From assembly GCA_000146045.2 (NCBI GenBank), contig BK006947.3:384001-448000 (forward strand): a stretch of DNA of 64,000 bases, in the 5' to 3' direction. The first letter of the stretch is position 1; every line of letters starts with the position of its first letter. Below the pieces are notes generated by a model. The model was not told the origin of the DNA. It was given only the letters and a program-made list of their open reading frames with translations, and made no database searches. The DNA comes from TPA_inf: Saccharomyces. Its lineage: Eukaryota. The position numbers and the translations under genes were made by a program. Shown piece after piece: positions 22,358-36,097 of this stretch.

Positions 22358-24022
22358 ATGGTTAAGGTCAGTTTGGATAACGTCAAATTACTGGTGGATG
22401 TTGATAAGGAGCCTTTCTTTAAACCATCTAGTACTACAGTGGGAGATATTCTTACCAAGGATGCTCTAGAGTTCATTGTTCTTTTACACAGAACTTTCAA
22501 CAACAAGAGAAAACAATTATTGGAAAACAGACAAGTTGTTCAGAAGAAATTAGACTCGGGCTCCTATCATCTGGATTTCCTGCCTGAAACTGCAAATATT
22601 AGAAATGATCCCACTTGGCAAGGTCCAATTTTGGCACCGGGGTTAATTAATAGGTCAACGGAAATCACAGGGCCTCCATTGAGAAATATGCTGATCAACG
22701 CTTTGAATGCTCCTGTGAACACCTATATGACTGATTTTGAAGATTCAGCTTCACCTACTTGGAACAACATGGTTTACGGTCAAGTTAATCTCTACGACGC
22801 GATCAGAAATCAAATCGATTTTGACACACCAAGAAAATCGTACAAATTGAATGGAAATGTGGCCAACTTGCCCACTATTATCGTGAGACCCCGTGGTTGG
22901 CACATGGTGGAAAAGCACCTTTATGTAGATGATGAACCAATCAGCGCTTCCATCTTTGATTTTGGTTTATATTTCTACCATAATGCCAAAGAATTAATCA
23001 AATTGGGCAAAGGTCCTTACTTCTATTTGCCAAAGATGGAGCACCACTTGGAAGCTAAACTATGGAACGACGTCTTCTGTGTAGCTCAAGATTACATTGG
23101 GATCCCAAGGGGTACAATCAGAGCTACTGTGTTGATTGAAACTTTGCCTGCTGCTTTCCAAATGGAAGAGATCATCTATCAATTAAGACAACATTCTAGT
23201 GGGTTGAATTGCGGACGTTGGGACTATATTTTCTCTACAATCAAGAGATTAAGAAATGATCCTAATCACATTTTGCCCAATAGAAATCAAGTGACTATGA
23301 CTTCCCCATTCATGGATGCATACGTGAAAAGATTAATCAATACCTGTCATCGGAGGGGTGTTCATGCCATGGGTGGTATGGCTGCGCAAATCCCTATCAA
23401 AGACGACCCGGCAGCCAATGAAAAGGCCATGACTAAAGTCCGTAATGATAAGATTAGAGAGCTGACAAATGGACATGATGGGTCATGGGTTGCACACCCA
23501 GCACTGGCCCCTATTTGTAATGAAGTTTTCATTAATATGGGAACACCAAACCAAATCTATTTCATTCCTGAAAACGTTGTAACGGCTGCTAATCTGCTGG
23601 AAACCAAAATTCCAAATGGTGAGATTACTACCGAGGGAATTGTACAAAACTTGGATATCGGGTTGCAGTACATGGAAGCTTGGCTCAGAGGCTCTGGATG
23701 TGTGCCCATCAACAACTTGATGGAAGACGCCGCCACTGCTGAAGTGTCTCGTTGTCAATTGTATCAATGGGTGAAACACGGTGTTACTCTAAAGGACACG
23801 GGAGAAAAGGTCACCCCAGAATTAACCGAAAAGATTCTAAAAGAACAAGTGGAAAGACTGTCTAAGGCAAGTCCATTGGGTGACAAGAACAAATTCGCGC
23901 TGGCCGCTAAGTATTTCTTGCCAGAAATCAGAGGCGAGAAATTCAGTGAATTTTTGACTACATTGTTGTACGACGAAATTGTGTCCACTAAGGCGACGCC
24001 CACTGATTTGAGCAAATTGTGA
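22358..24022 (+). CDS. MLS1: MLS1 (YNL117W), malate synthase, 554 aa. The start was taken at the [12 protein letters not shown] Met. The track ORF is extended 35 codons upstream to 22253.
   Basis: The malate-synthase family is recognisable and the protein ends in SKL, a PTS1 peroxisomal signal. The length of 554 matches memory. Confidence 0.8.
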   Translation: MVKVSLDNVKLLVDVDKEPFFKPSSTTVGDILTKDALEFIVLLHRTFNNKRKQLLENRQVVQKKLDSGSYHLDFLPETANIRNDPTWQGPILAPGLINRSTEITGPPLRNMLINALNAPVNTYMTDFEDSASPTWNNMVYGQVNLYDAIRNQIDFDTPRKSYKLNGNVANLPTIIVRPRGWHMVEKHLYVDDEPISASIFDFGLYFYHNAKELIKLGKGPYFYLPKMEHHLEAKLWNDVFCVAQDYIGIPRGTIRATVLIETLPAAFQMEEIIYQLRQHSSGLNCGRWDYIFSTIKRLRNDPNHILPNRNQVTMTSPFMDAYVKRLINTCHRRGVHAMGGMAAQIPIKDDPAANEKAMTKVRNDKIRELTNGHDGSWVAHPALAPICNEVFINMGTPNQIYFIPENVVTAANLLETKIPNGEITTEGIVQNLDIGLQYMEAWLRGSGCVPINNLMEDAATAEVSRCQLYQWVKHGVTLKDTGEKVTPELTEKILKEQVERLSKASPLGDKNKFALAAKYFLPEIRGEKFSEFLTTLLYDEIVSTKATPTDLSKL

Positions 24023-24340
24023 TCTCCCTTGCCCCAGTGTACACATATATAAAAATATATTCATGCCTATATGATTATGTATCGGAATCCAAAAACTTAT
24101 CTTTATATTGCTTCGTTTCGTAGTTAGCAATGAATCATCTTATCATGATTCCTTTTTTTGTTTTGGCCAGATTAATGTATCACGGTCGACGGCGAAGGCA
24201 TCAACCATTGTTGTGGAATTTCAAACACAATACTTGATGACTCCAAACGTGGGCATATATTTTGATTTGAAAAGAAGTCGAGAAAGTATAGCAACGCATT
24301 GTATACGTTTGAAGCTTTCAGCAAAGGATATACCGTGGAA

Positions 24341-25909
24341 ATGTACACGCCTATCCCTGCTAATACCCCTGCTCCCACTGCACCAACTTCATCGATGACG
24401 TCCAACTCTTCATCCGCATCAAATGCCAACACCACTAGCAGTAGTGGCATAAACCCAAGGAACAGAGCCAGTGGTACTCCATCCAATGAGCGGGCTCGTC
24501 CGGCGTCGGGTATCAGTTCGTTTTTGAATACCTTCGGAATTAGGCAAAATAGCCAGACAGCTTCTTCTTCTGCGGCTCCTGATCAGCGTCTATTCGGCAC
24601 AACCCCATCTAACTCACATATGAGTGTGGCCATGGAAAGTATCGATACCGCTCCGCAACAGCAGGAACCACGTCTGCATCATCCTATACAAATGCCTCTG
24701 TCGGCCCAGTTCCACGTTCATCGCAACTATCAACTCCCCATCTCCATATCTCTCACTGCCCCTACAACCACAGACCACCAGCAATCATCTGCGCATAATT
24801 TCGAAGGCAACAATGTTGGTAACGTTCAAGAGTCTTTGAATCAGCGGCAGCCTAACGGTACTAACAATACCACAACCTCGATAATTTCCATGGCGCCAGC
24901 GGCTACAACGAGAAATATAGTCGGTGGTGCAGATGGATCTACTATTGTTAACAACAGTCAGGAAATGTATAAGAATTTACGTCACTTGATATATGCTGCA
25001 AACCAGCCAAATGGGACCGAAATTTTACATTTGGATTTACCTGCAACAAGTGCAGAGGAGTCAAACAATATGTTCAATGTAGATGAGGTCACTTTGAAGC
25101 AAAGGAAAGATAAGCATGGTCTTTTTAGTATAAGACTAACCCCATTTATTGATAGTTCGTCCACGACAAATCAAGGTTTATTCTTTGAACCGATTATAAG
25201 AAAGGCTGGCCCTGGATCCCAATTGGTTATTGGCCGCTATACTGAGCGTGTTCGCGATGCAATTTCTAAAATACCTGAACAATATCATCCAGTTGTATTT
25301 AAATCCAAAGTTGTTTCAAGGACACATGGTTGTTTTAAAGTTGACTCTCAAGGTAACTGGTATATAAAGGATGTGAAATCATCTAGTGGAACTTTCTTAA
25401 ATCACCAAAGGCTCTCACCCGCTTCCTCTTTATCGAAAGATACCCCTCTTCGTGATGGTGATATTTTACAGTTAGGAATGGATTTTAGAGGTGGCACGGA
25501 AGAAATCTATCGTTGTGTAAGGATGAGGATTGAGCTAAATAGATCATGGAAACTAAAGGCAAATTCGTTCAACAAAGAAGCTTTACAGCGTTTGCAGAAT
25601 TTACAAAAATTAACTACAGGTATTGAAGAAGAAGATTGTTCGATTTGCCTATGTAAGATCAAACCGTGTCAAGCAATTTTCATATCACCATGCGCACATA
25701 GCTGGCATTTCCGTTGTGTAAGAAGATTGGTCATGCTCTCATATCCGCAATTTGTTTGCCCCAACTGTAGATCAAGTTGTGATTTGGAGGCCTCCTTTGA
25801 AAGTAGTGACGAGGAAGATGAAAGTGATGTGGAAAGTGAAGGTGATCAACTGGTGGATCAACTTAGCGTCTTAATGGAAACTTCAAAGGATGTTGATAGC
25901 CATCCTTAA
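24341..25909 (+). CDS. DMA2: DMA2 (YNL116W), FHA plus RING E3 ubiquitin ligase, 522 aa. The start was taken at the MYTPIPANTP Met, 14 codons inside the track ORF.
   Basis: An FHA-like core and a C-terminal RING (CSICL...CAHSWHFRC...CPNCR) are present. The N-terminus is S/T/N-rich. Confidence 0.75.
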   Translation: MYTPIPANTPAPTAPTSSMTSNSSSASNANTTSSSGINPRNRASGTPSNERARPASGISSFLNTFGIRQNSQTASSSAAPDQRLFGTTPSNSHMSVAMESIDTAPQQQEPRLHHPIQMPLSAQFHVHRNYQLPISISLTAPTTTDHQQSSAHNFEGNNVGNVQESLNQRQPNGTNNTTTSIISMAPAATTRNIVGGADGSTIVNNSQEMYKNLRHLIYAANQPNGTEILHLDLPATSAEESNNMFNVDEVTLKQRKDKHGLFSIRLTPFIDSSSTTNQGLFFEPIIRKAGPGSQLVIGRYTERVRDAISKIPEQYHPVVFKSKVVSRTHGCFKVDSQGNWYIKDVKSSSGTFLNHQRLSPASSLSKDTPLRDGDILQLGMDFRGGTEEIYRCVRMRIELNRSWKLKANSFNKEALQRLQNLQKLTTGIEEEDCSICLCKIKPCQAIFISPCAHSWHFRCVRRLVMLSYPQFVCPNCRSSCDLEASFESSDEEDESDVESEGDQLVDQLSVLMETSKDVDSHP

Positions 25910-26118
25910 GGTCAAAGAAAATACACAGTTTGAAAAATAAAGAAAAACCACCGAACTCCACATCTCGTACCTTAATATTATTTTAATTATTCTCTTAGTA
26001 TTTATATATTTGCGCCGTTTACATATTTGACTTATTGTTTTCAGGAATACAATACCTCCATCGTTGGCAGTCAATTTTGCTTTCACATATAAAACTAAAA
26101 AAAAAGTAAAGAACTCGG

Positions 26119-28053
26119 TTAATCCTCGGTTAGTTTGCCAAGCTCACCTATTAATCTTAATAGGACTTCTTGAGTTTGTTGTTTGCCCAGACCATACTTA
26201 TATATTTCATGCCCACCTTCAACTATTTTCCATTCTTGAGTCTTGTGAGAAATTTTGGTCAAATCTCTTTGCCAATCGCCCCATAATGCCGACTTCTTCA
26301 CCATTTCCTTAGAGCTAACGATGCTTGTCTTCACATTTTGCAAAGATTCTGCATTGTTTGTCACATCTCTGTAACTTAGAATTGAACTCGTCACGCTTTC
26401 CAAAAACTTGGAACGCAAGAAACGTCCTTGATATTTCATATCACGCCCATATATACGTTCTTTAGACCCATGATGAGCTAGTAACCATGAAGTCTGTAAT
26501 CTCCATCCTAAACTCGACCAAATGCCTTTCCACCATAATCTAAATTCGTTATGCCTTTCTATCTCCGAAGGTAACCAAGTCTTATCATGGTTGCGGCCAT
26601 CCCCATCATTACCATTGCCATCGTCGCCATCGTCGCCATCACCACGGCCTGGAGGTAGTAATCTTTGAATGTAGTTTTTTAACAATAGTTCTTCATGCCA
26701 TGATTCAACAAGCATCATGCTATCCACAATATCGACATTCTTGGCGGTAAATACTCTTGTAAATAGCCCGCCAAGGTCGTATCCTACTGTAGTGAAGGGA
26801 CCTTTAATTTTTGCATCTTTGATCAATGCGTACCTTAAAGATTCCGCAACCATCGCAATAGAGATTGGGGCGGGAGGAGAATCGCTCAACCCGTACCCTG
26901 GTCTATCGTATAGACAATATCTTTGAATTTTGTCTAAATGATATAGTTCCTCAATCCAGGTGGCAGAAAGGTAACCAGTATCATAACCTCCGTGTTCAAA
27001 CAAGATGATAGGTTGCTTCTTATTTTCAGACAAATCTGTGTTGTTTTCTTGATCAAATACGTCACCATAACAAGTTATATGCAACTGATAGGTTTTAGCG
27101 GCATCTACGTAATGGAACGCCTCGTACGAGGGCGACTGAACGGTTATTGGTAATTTGTGAGTCAATCTGTAGGTATCCAATGTCGTTAAAAGTGTATTCA
27201 GGGTGAATAAAGCGAAGAATATTAAAATTAAAAACTTAATAGTATTCCTGAACCCAATGGATACCCATTCTGTCAATGTATGTTTGTTTTGGACCAGCTG
27301 CGAGCGGTGGGTGGGGGTTGGCGACCCAGAGCCATATTGGCTTCTGTCCCTGTTTTCGGTACTATTTGTATGGTTTTCGTTGAAAGTACTAATATTAGCA
27401 TCATCAATTCTGCGTTCCTCCAATGGCTCATTTATTGAGTTGTTGTAAAACAAGAGATACCAATCTAATATTGCCCCAATAAAAAATGAAAACGAAGTCC
27501 ACAAATATGTAAACGTGCCCACAAAGCCGATTCTTTGCCTAGTGTATTTAATTAGATAGGTCAATGCTAGATTGAACAACGTCAAAACACAGAGAGTTAC
27601 ATTTAAGCTGTAATCTAAAGCTGAGTACAGTCCCAGCTTATTAAACCAGAGATTGAAAGAATTAGCTATGATCGAGATGAATATTAAAGTCAAGTCGTTA
27701 AAACTTGCGTACCTGTTACTGAATCCGAAAAGAATATTGATATTGAAAAAGAAATCTGAAATCAAAGTGGTGACTAGCCAGATGGTGTTAATTAGAATTA
27801 GGATATTTAATATCCATTTGGAGTTATGAATAAAGATTCTATAACCTTTGCGAATTTGAAAGAGACTATCTTTGATGAACCCATCGGATTCAATGTCACG
27901 ACCTTCATTAACTGCTGGGCCATTCGCGGATCCTGCACCAAGGGTCCGGTGGTTGTTGTTCAGCAACGGTTGCGCTTCTGGGTGTTCACTATCTATATCT
28001 GTTCTTTCCATTCCCGTCCTTGCCGGATCATTATCTAAACCATTAGCCTTCAT
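26119..28053 (-). CDS. YNL115C: YNL115C, uncharacterised membrane protein, 644 aa. A multi-pass hydrophobic N-terminal half is followed by a C-terminal alpha/beta-hydrolase-like region.
   Basis: Hydrophobic segments span roughly residues 75-200 and 265-295. The C-terminal region carries HGG (354-356), a G-Y-D-L-G-G elbow (D426) and GGHE (H615). There is also a Gly/Asp repeat GRGDGDDGDDGNGNDGDG. Confidence 0.7.
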   Translation of the reverse strand: MKANGLDNDPARTGMERTDIDSEHPEAQPLLNNNHRTLGAGSANGPAVNEGRDIESDGFIKDSLFQIRKGYRIFIHNSKWILNILILINTIWLVTTLISDFFFNINILFGFSNRYASFNDLTLIFISIIANSFNLWFNKLGLYSALDYSLNVTLCVLTLFNLALTYLIKYTRQRIGFVGTFTYLWTSFSFFIGAILDWYLLFYNNSINEPLEERRIDDANISTFNENHTNSTENRDRSQYGSGSPTPTHRSQLVQNKHTLTEWVSIGFRNTIKFLILIFFALFTLNTLLTTLDTYRLTHKLPITVQSPSYEAFHYVDAAKTYQLHITCYGDVFDQENNTDLSENKKQPIILFEHGGYDTGYLSATWIEELYHLDKIQRYCLYDRPGYGLSDSPPAPISIAMVAESLRYALIKDAKIKGPFTTVGYDLGGLFTRVFTAKNVDIVDSMMLVESWHEELLLKNYIQRLLPPGRGDGDDGDDGNGNDGDGRNHDKTWLPSEIERHNEFRLWWKGIWSSLGWRLQTSWLLAHHGSKERIYGRDMKYQGRFLRSKFLESVTSSILSYRDVTNNAESLQNVKTSIVSSKEMVKKSALWGDWQRDLTKISHKTQEWKIVEGGHEIYKYGLGKQQTQEVLLRLIGELGKLTED

Positions 28054-28641
28054 GATCTGTTCGCTCTGATGCCTACAGTTCTTTCTTCAATGGCTTTCCT
28101 TTCCTTTCCTCCTTATAGAATATAGCAAGGCATCTAACTTTTAGTTTTTCTCTCATCCCTTTAAACTGCACGATGGTTAAAATTAGGGGTCCGAATAGCC
28201 TTGCAAGGAATAGATTAAAGAACACTATATATGCATAGCCACTTCAAAACGTGCTGAGAACATGCCATCAAGGTTGACCAATACGATTGCTGATTCGACA
28301 ACTTCTACATTACATAGGCATATACATATCAGAAAAACGTGCTTTATAGGTACATTTTTTAATTCCTTAAACATAACTTGCTTCTATTTTGGGATAGTTC
28401 CTTTTCTTTGAACTACGTTTTTTGGGCAGAAATATAAAAAAAAACCGAAAAAAACGGCACGCAAGAAAGCTTATTCAAAAAGACGCAACAATATCATAGA
28501 TTATTCTAAGTACCAACAACGTGATAAACTTTGTTCTAATAAAGCTACATCTTATCTCTTCTGTACAGCTTTATTGGGGTGAATCATATTTACTTCAATC
28601 CGGGTAATGGTAAACGTAACAAGTGATAGAAATATTCACCT

Positions 28642-28651
28642 GCGATGAGCT
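28642..28651. promoter_or_regulatory. A perfect PAC (GCGATGAGCT) about 120 bp upstream of RPC19, followed by an A13 run and AAAAATTTCA at 28661-28670, which is RRPE-like
   Basis: The motif matches the consensus. RPC19 belongs to the ribosome-biogenesis regulon. Confidence 0.5.
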
Positions 28652-28770
28652 GGAAAAAAAAAAAATTTCAAAAGAAAACCATACTAATGCTGAGGTATAA
28701 AGTAACGAATTGGGGAAAGGCCATCAATCCAAAGTCGGAAAAATTGAACTTCACATAAAGTACCAGGCAA

Positions 28771-29199
28771 ATGACTGAAGACATCGAACAAAAAAAGACC
28801 GCTACAGAGGTAACACCACAAGAACCAAAGCACATCCAAGAAGAAGAAGAACAGGATGTTGATATGACTGGCGATGAAGAACAGGAAGAGGAACCAGACA
28901 GGGAAAAAATTAAGCTTCTCACACAGGCAACATCTGAAGATGGAACTAGTGCCTCTTTTCAAATTGTAGAGGAGGATCACACGCTTGGAAATGCCCTTCG
29001 TTACGTTATAATGAAAAATCCAGACGTAGAATTTTGTGGTTACTCGATACCTCATCCTTCTGAAAACCTATTAAATATCAGAATTCAAACCTACGGTGAA
29101 ACGACCGCGGTGGATGCTCTTCAAAAAGGGCTAAAGGACTTGATGGATTTATGTGACGTTGTAGAATCTAAGTTTACTGAAAAAATCAAGAGCATGTAG
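28771..29199 (+). CDS. RPC19: RPC19 (YNL113W), shared subunit AC19 of RNA polymerases I and III, 142 aa
   Basis: Length is exact. An acidic N-terminus precedes an RpoL/Rpb11-like core. Confidence 0.85.
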   Translation: MTEDIEQKKTATEVTPQEPKHIQEEEEQDVDMTGDEEQEEEPDREKIKLLTQATSEDGTSASFQIVEEDHTLGNALRYVIMKNPDVEFCGYSIPHPSENLLNIRIQTYGETTAVDALQKGLKDLMDLCDVVESKFTEKIKSM

Positions 29200-29448
29200 A
29201 TGTTACGGATCGACTCAAAGACCCTCTGTCACTCTGAAATTTCTAATAATTATGCACACCACGCTAGTATAGATACAGCTTGATTTGTGTATCCCGTTTA
29301 TAGTCGTGCTATTTAAAATCTATGTATAATATAACCAGATAAAAATACACCTTCGTACAAGGTGCTAATAATGTTGAGAATTCGAAATTCCTTTTTAAAG
29401 GCGTATTCCGTATTGAATGATTGAAAAATTTATTTCTTTTTTTATTTC

Positions 29449-29474
29449 TTTTTTTTTTTTTTTTTTTTTTTTTT
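29449..29474. repeat. A (dT)26 homopolymer inside a T-rich block (29428-29474) in the DBP2 promoter
   Basis: Counted directly from the sequence. Confidence 0.9.
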
Positions 29475-29483
29475 ACGCCGATG

Positions 29484-29502
29484 CTCATCGCAGAAAATTT
29501 TT
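29484..29502. promoter_or_regulatory. A PAC in reverse orientation (CTCATCGC, 29484-29491) plus an RRPE-like element (GAAAATTTTT, 29493-29502), about 140 bp upstream of DBP2 and immediately after a (dT)26 tract
   Basis: The motif pair is typical of ribosome-biogenesis promoters. Confidence 0.5.
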
Positions 29503-29620
29503 CCTTCAGTTTATTTGTCTTATAAAAAGACTGTCCTACGCTCAAATAACTTATACTTTTCTGTATCTCATTCAAATTATTTTCTTGTCAACAACCTGTA
29601 ACAGAATTAAGCACTATTAA

Positions 29621-32281
<2,661 letters not shown>

Positions 32282-32939
32282 AGTCAAAGTGATTCAATTC
32301 ATTCATCTCTATTAATAATAATTATATAAGTTGACTGCACCTTATTTCTTCAATGCATGATAAAATTTTATTTGCTGTATACTACATTTTTAATATTTTA
32401 AAGCTCTTCGTCACACTTTTTCTTTAATACTCCTAAGTTTTTGGGTGAACGGTGGCAACTGGATTGAAGTTATTTCGCATAACGCTTAGTGTGCCGTAAA
32501 ATAATAGGACAGACACTTTTCTTTGTTCTCGTACAACCCTGGGGCCGATGTTAAACGAATGATTTTCAAAAAAACAGTAGACTTACAAAGAAGTCGTGCA
32601 CTAGCGCTTATGGGTCATTTTAGAATGAGCGAAATGCACGACAACCAGGTTGATCGTATTGAAGTAAGAGCAGAGCTTTATTTGCCTTTTTTTTTTTTAT
32701 CTAAGACGATGATTTTTAGCCATACACAAAGATAAGTATATACATATTAATTTATAATAATTCTATCTGCCAGGCAGATTCTATGATACAGTGACATACT
32801 TCTATGCGATATAGTAGCATAAGTTAATGTTGTAAGACATTAATTTGGCCTTGATTGCTTGTAAATAAATAATTTAATAAACTGAAACGAAAAATTCAAT
32901 TGAGTTTGGAGAAGAGTGTGGGCTATTCTGGAAGAAAAA

Positions 32940-33302
32940 TTATTCGTTCAACAAATAATAAGCAACACCTAGCATTAAAATGGCCAATATGACAACCAAT
33001 GTACCACTACCTTTACTTTGGTTTTCAGAGGTAGATACCTTTTCCACAGAAACGCGCTCACTGGTCTTGTCAACGTCACCAATGTATAAACCTTTCAGTA
33101 GTCTCAATGCTTCGTCAGAATGACCGATATCGACAAAGCTTTCTGTAGCATCTTGTCCACCCAAATCCATTATAATTTCATCACCACCTGGATGTTCATC
33201 TTTGAATTGAGAAACATCGTAAACTTTGTCATCGATGATAATCCAGAAATTTTCTGGGCCATTGTGTTCGGCAACTTCTTGGTAACTGTAAACTTTAGGC
33301 AT
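32940..33302 (-). CDS. CYB5: CYB5 (YNL111C), cytochrome b5, 120 aa
   Basis: The heme-binding HPGG motif (EHPGGDEI) is present, with a C-terminal transmembrane tail. Confidence 0.85.
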   Translation of the reverse strand: MPKVYSYQEVAEHNGPENFWIIIDDKVYDVSQFKDEHPGGDEIIMDLGGQDATESFVDIGHSDEALRLLKGLYIGDVDKTSERVSVEKVSTSENQSKGSGTLVVILAILMLGVAYYLLNE

Positions 33303-33825
33303 GATTGTTTGATATTTTATGTTGTAGTTGATTGATTTTCTTTACTATGAAGAAAATGAAAATCGAATTTAAATATTAACGAGGAAGCCTGAACGAAAAT
33401 TTTTGAGAAAGTTTCAAAAGCTTCTTGTTCTTTATATAGTTATTGGAAAAAGGACAATATATATATTTGTTATTTATTGATATAATAACAATGCTTCTCA
33501 AATATCGCTTTTTGGCCACGAATGCGACAAAAATTTTCTCGTTATGCTAACCTCTCTCACTATCTCGATCTCGTATAGCTTTCTTTTTTGCAGCTATTGT
33601 TCTTTTTCTGGGCCGTTAAATTTTTCATCCGGAAACTCCAGGCTATTACCCGCTCCGTGATTTTGGTCGTTGAATCTTCGTAAAAGCAATCATGTAAATA
33701 TCATTGAATACGGACAAACGGAACTATATTGCTGGAATTAATGATATAAATGGTTTCCCAAGTTTGCTATATCTCCTATTCTATCTTACAAAACCCTTTT
33801 CTCAGGGTGGATGAGAAGTGACAAG

Positions 33826-34488
33826 TCACCATTTGAATTCGATACCTGACTTGGCTAATTTTTTTATCCTTTCTTCATGTTTTTGCTTCATGTTATCCTT
33901 TAGCTGTTTTACTGGTTTGGTGATACCTTTCTCTACTAGAACTCTCTTCTTGTATTTGTACAATTTCTCGATTTTAGCTCCTTTTGGTAATACACGCACT
34001 TGTAGTAGATGACCCATCAACAAGTAATTGTTCATAGATTCTTGGGCGATCATTGCATCCTCTTTATTAACGAATTCTAAGAAGCCATAATGTCTGGAAT
34101 TTCCAGTTTTCTTATTACGTGCTAATCTCACTTCTTTTAAATCACCGAATTGAGCAAAATATTTACTTAATTCCTTTTCGTGGAACCCATGTGGCAGTCT
34201 ACTCACATAAATAATCCCAGAATACTCTTCAAGTGTCTTTTTATCTTTCGACTTTTTTTCATTAGCCTGCTTCTTAGGATTCAATCTTTTAATCTTGTGT
34301 GTACCGCTCTGCTCATCATCAGAAGCGGCTAAACCTTCAATTTCATCTTCATCTTTTTCGTCTTCTTCATCTGAACTGCTAGACGATGTTTCTAGAGCCA
34401 ACTCTTCTTTCTCCTGTATAGGTTTTTCTTCGGTGGGTTGTTTGGTTACTGTTTCCTTGGTGGAAGTTTTGCTTGTTGACTTTACCAT
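33826..34488 (-). CDS. NOP15: NOP15 (YNL110C), nucleolar RRM protein of 60S biogenesis, 220 aa
   Basis: An acidic, serine-rich N-terminus precedes an RRM (IIYVSRLPHGFHEKELSKYFAQFG). Confidence 0.8.
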   Translation of the reverse strand: MVKSTSKTSTKETVTKQPTEEKPIQEKEELALETSSSSSDEEDEKDEDEIEGLAASDDEQSGTHKIKRLNPKKQANEKKSKDKKTLEEYSGIIYVSRLPHGFHEKELSKYFAQFGDLKEVRLARNKKTGNSRHYGFLEFVNKEDAMIAQESMNNYLLMGHLLQVRVLPKGAKIEKLYKYKKRVLVEKGITKPVKQLKDNMKQKHEERIKKLAKSGIEFKW

Positions 34489-34586
34489 ATCGATCTCTTT
34501 CCTCTGTTATTTTATCTCTAGAACTTAACCCTATAGAAAAGGTAGTTAATGAAGTTAAAAGTAATGGTAATCGTCTTCAAATTAAG

Positions 34587-34643
34587 TGATGAGATGAGAT
34601 GCGATGCACTACTTCATTTTTTCTTATGGCGGAAAATTTTTCA
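34587..34643. promoter_or_regulatory. PAC-like GTGATGAGATGAGATG with two GATGAG cores (34587-34600) and an exact RRPE reverse complement AAAATTTTTCA (34633-34643), 100-155 bp upstream of NOP15 on the minus strand
   Basis: The motifs match their consensus sequences. NOP15 is a ribosome-biogenesis gene. Confidence 0.45.
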
Positions 34644-35013
34644 TAGTGAAAAGAAACAGGCAAAATCTGGGGGGTAACCGCATACGTCTCTGCTATGCCG
34701 TCTGTAATGAGGATGCTAAAGTTGCAATAGCTGCTATGCACATTAGAAAGGGTTTAGCAGGATAATGAGTTTTCAGAGATAGCACAAAACTCGAAAGGTT
34801 TCGGTACTACTACCTAGACAGCTCATCTTTCAATCGTTGAACCTTGAATTTTGAAGTTTAGGGATATTAAAAGATACTGTTAATTCTATCAATTTACACT
34901 AGACTTTGACATATGTATATATATATATATATTCACACAGCTTCATCATGAAATAAAAATCAAATGCAGAAGTGTATAATGAGAAGTACAGAATTCAAGA
35001 CTCACTTTAGTTT

Positions 35014-35826
35014 TCACTCCATTTTTAGTTTTCCGCTCTCAGCTGCTCTTCTCGCTTTGATATCAGCGTCTGAACCAGCCTCAAAGGCATTCATAAACGT
35101 CCAATTCATTTCTTCCCCATTAGTTAAAAAGGAGGTGTTGCCATTCATTGTAAGTTTCCACTCTCTCTCTTCAAATGGTATACTTTCATTTTCTCCTTTC
35201 ACCAGCTCAAATTTATCAATAGCACAACTTCCATTTCTTATAAAGGTGCCTTTGTTATCAATGGGCTCTTTGGCACTGGAGAATTTCAACAAGTTCATAC
35301 CAAGAGCGGATTTAGTGGCTGCGTGGGTAACTATCATAATGGTCTTTACATTTGGAAATTTTCTCTCCACTCTGTCAATAAAGACAGGCCAGAATTTATG
35401 GCACCTCTCAAAAATATCTTCTTCTGTTTCACCCTTATTACTAGGAATAATACTAGGTTCCCAGTCTGGAGAGATCATGCTTGGAAAAAACTTACTCATA
35501 ACTTCATGAGTAGCAGGCTCCGGGATAATGGGTCTATCAGGCTTATACCATTCTCCTACACCACGATCGACATATAATGGAATCTTTAAAGCCTCCACTG
35601 TGGGTTTACTAGTTTCTAAACAGCGGTAAAATGGGGAGGAGAAAATCATTTCTGGTTTGACATCTAATTTAGAGATATAGTTCGCCAGTTCATGTGCCTG
35701 TTCAACACCGTGTTCCGAAAGCGGGACATCGTTATCAATACCGGTGGGCGGTGGTGGATATGGTCCCTTTGGTAGCCAGTTTGACCTGTAACCATGTCTG
35801 GCAATGTATATATTTTCGATAGCCAT
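35014..35826 (-). CDS. YNL108C: YNL108C, histidine-phosphatase (phosphoglycerate-mutase-like) family protein, 270 aa
   Basis: The RHG catalytic motif sits at the N-terminus (IYIARHGYR). Confidence 0.75.
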
Positions 35827-36097
35827 AATTTATAGCACTATTTTAACCTCTTGTACAACTAATTGAACGTCTTACATATTGAACGAAACTGCTTTACTTC
35901 TAGGATTGTTTTCAAAGCTTTTTTATAAATTTCGAAATATCCGCTATTCGGATGACGTGATGACGCTTCGGCACCATTGATTATTTTTCCAGAGTTTAGA
36001 TGTCTTCTATGTGCAACTGAACAAGTAGCCTTCGAAAGCTAGAGGGATAGATACATTACTTGTGACCACCTATTTACGGCATCACAAAGAAAGCGAG

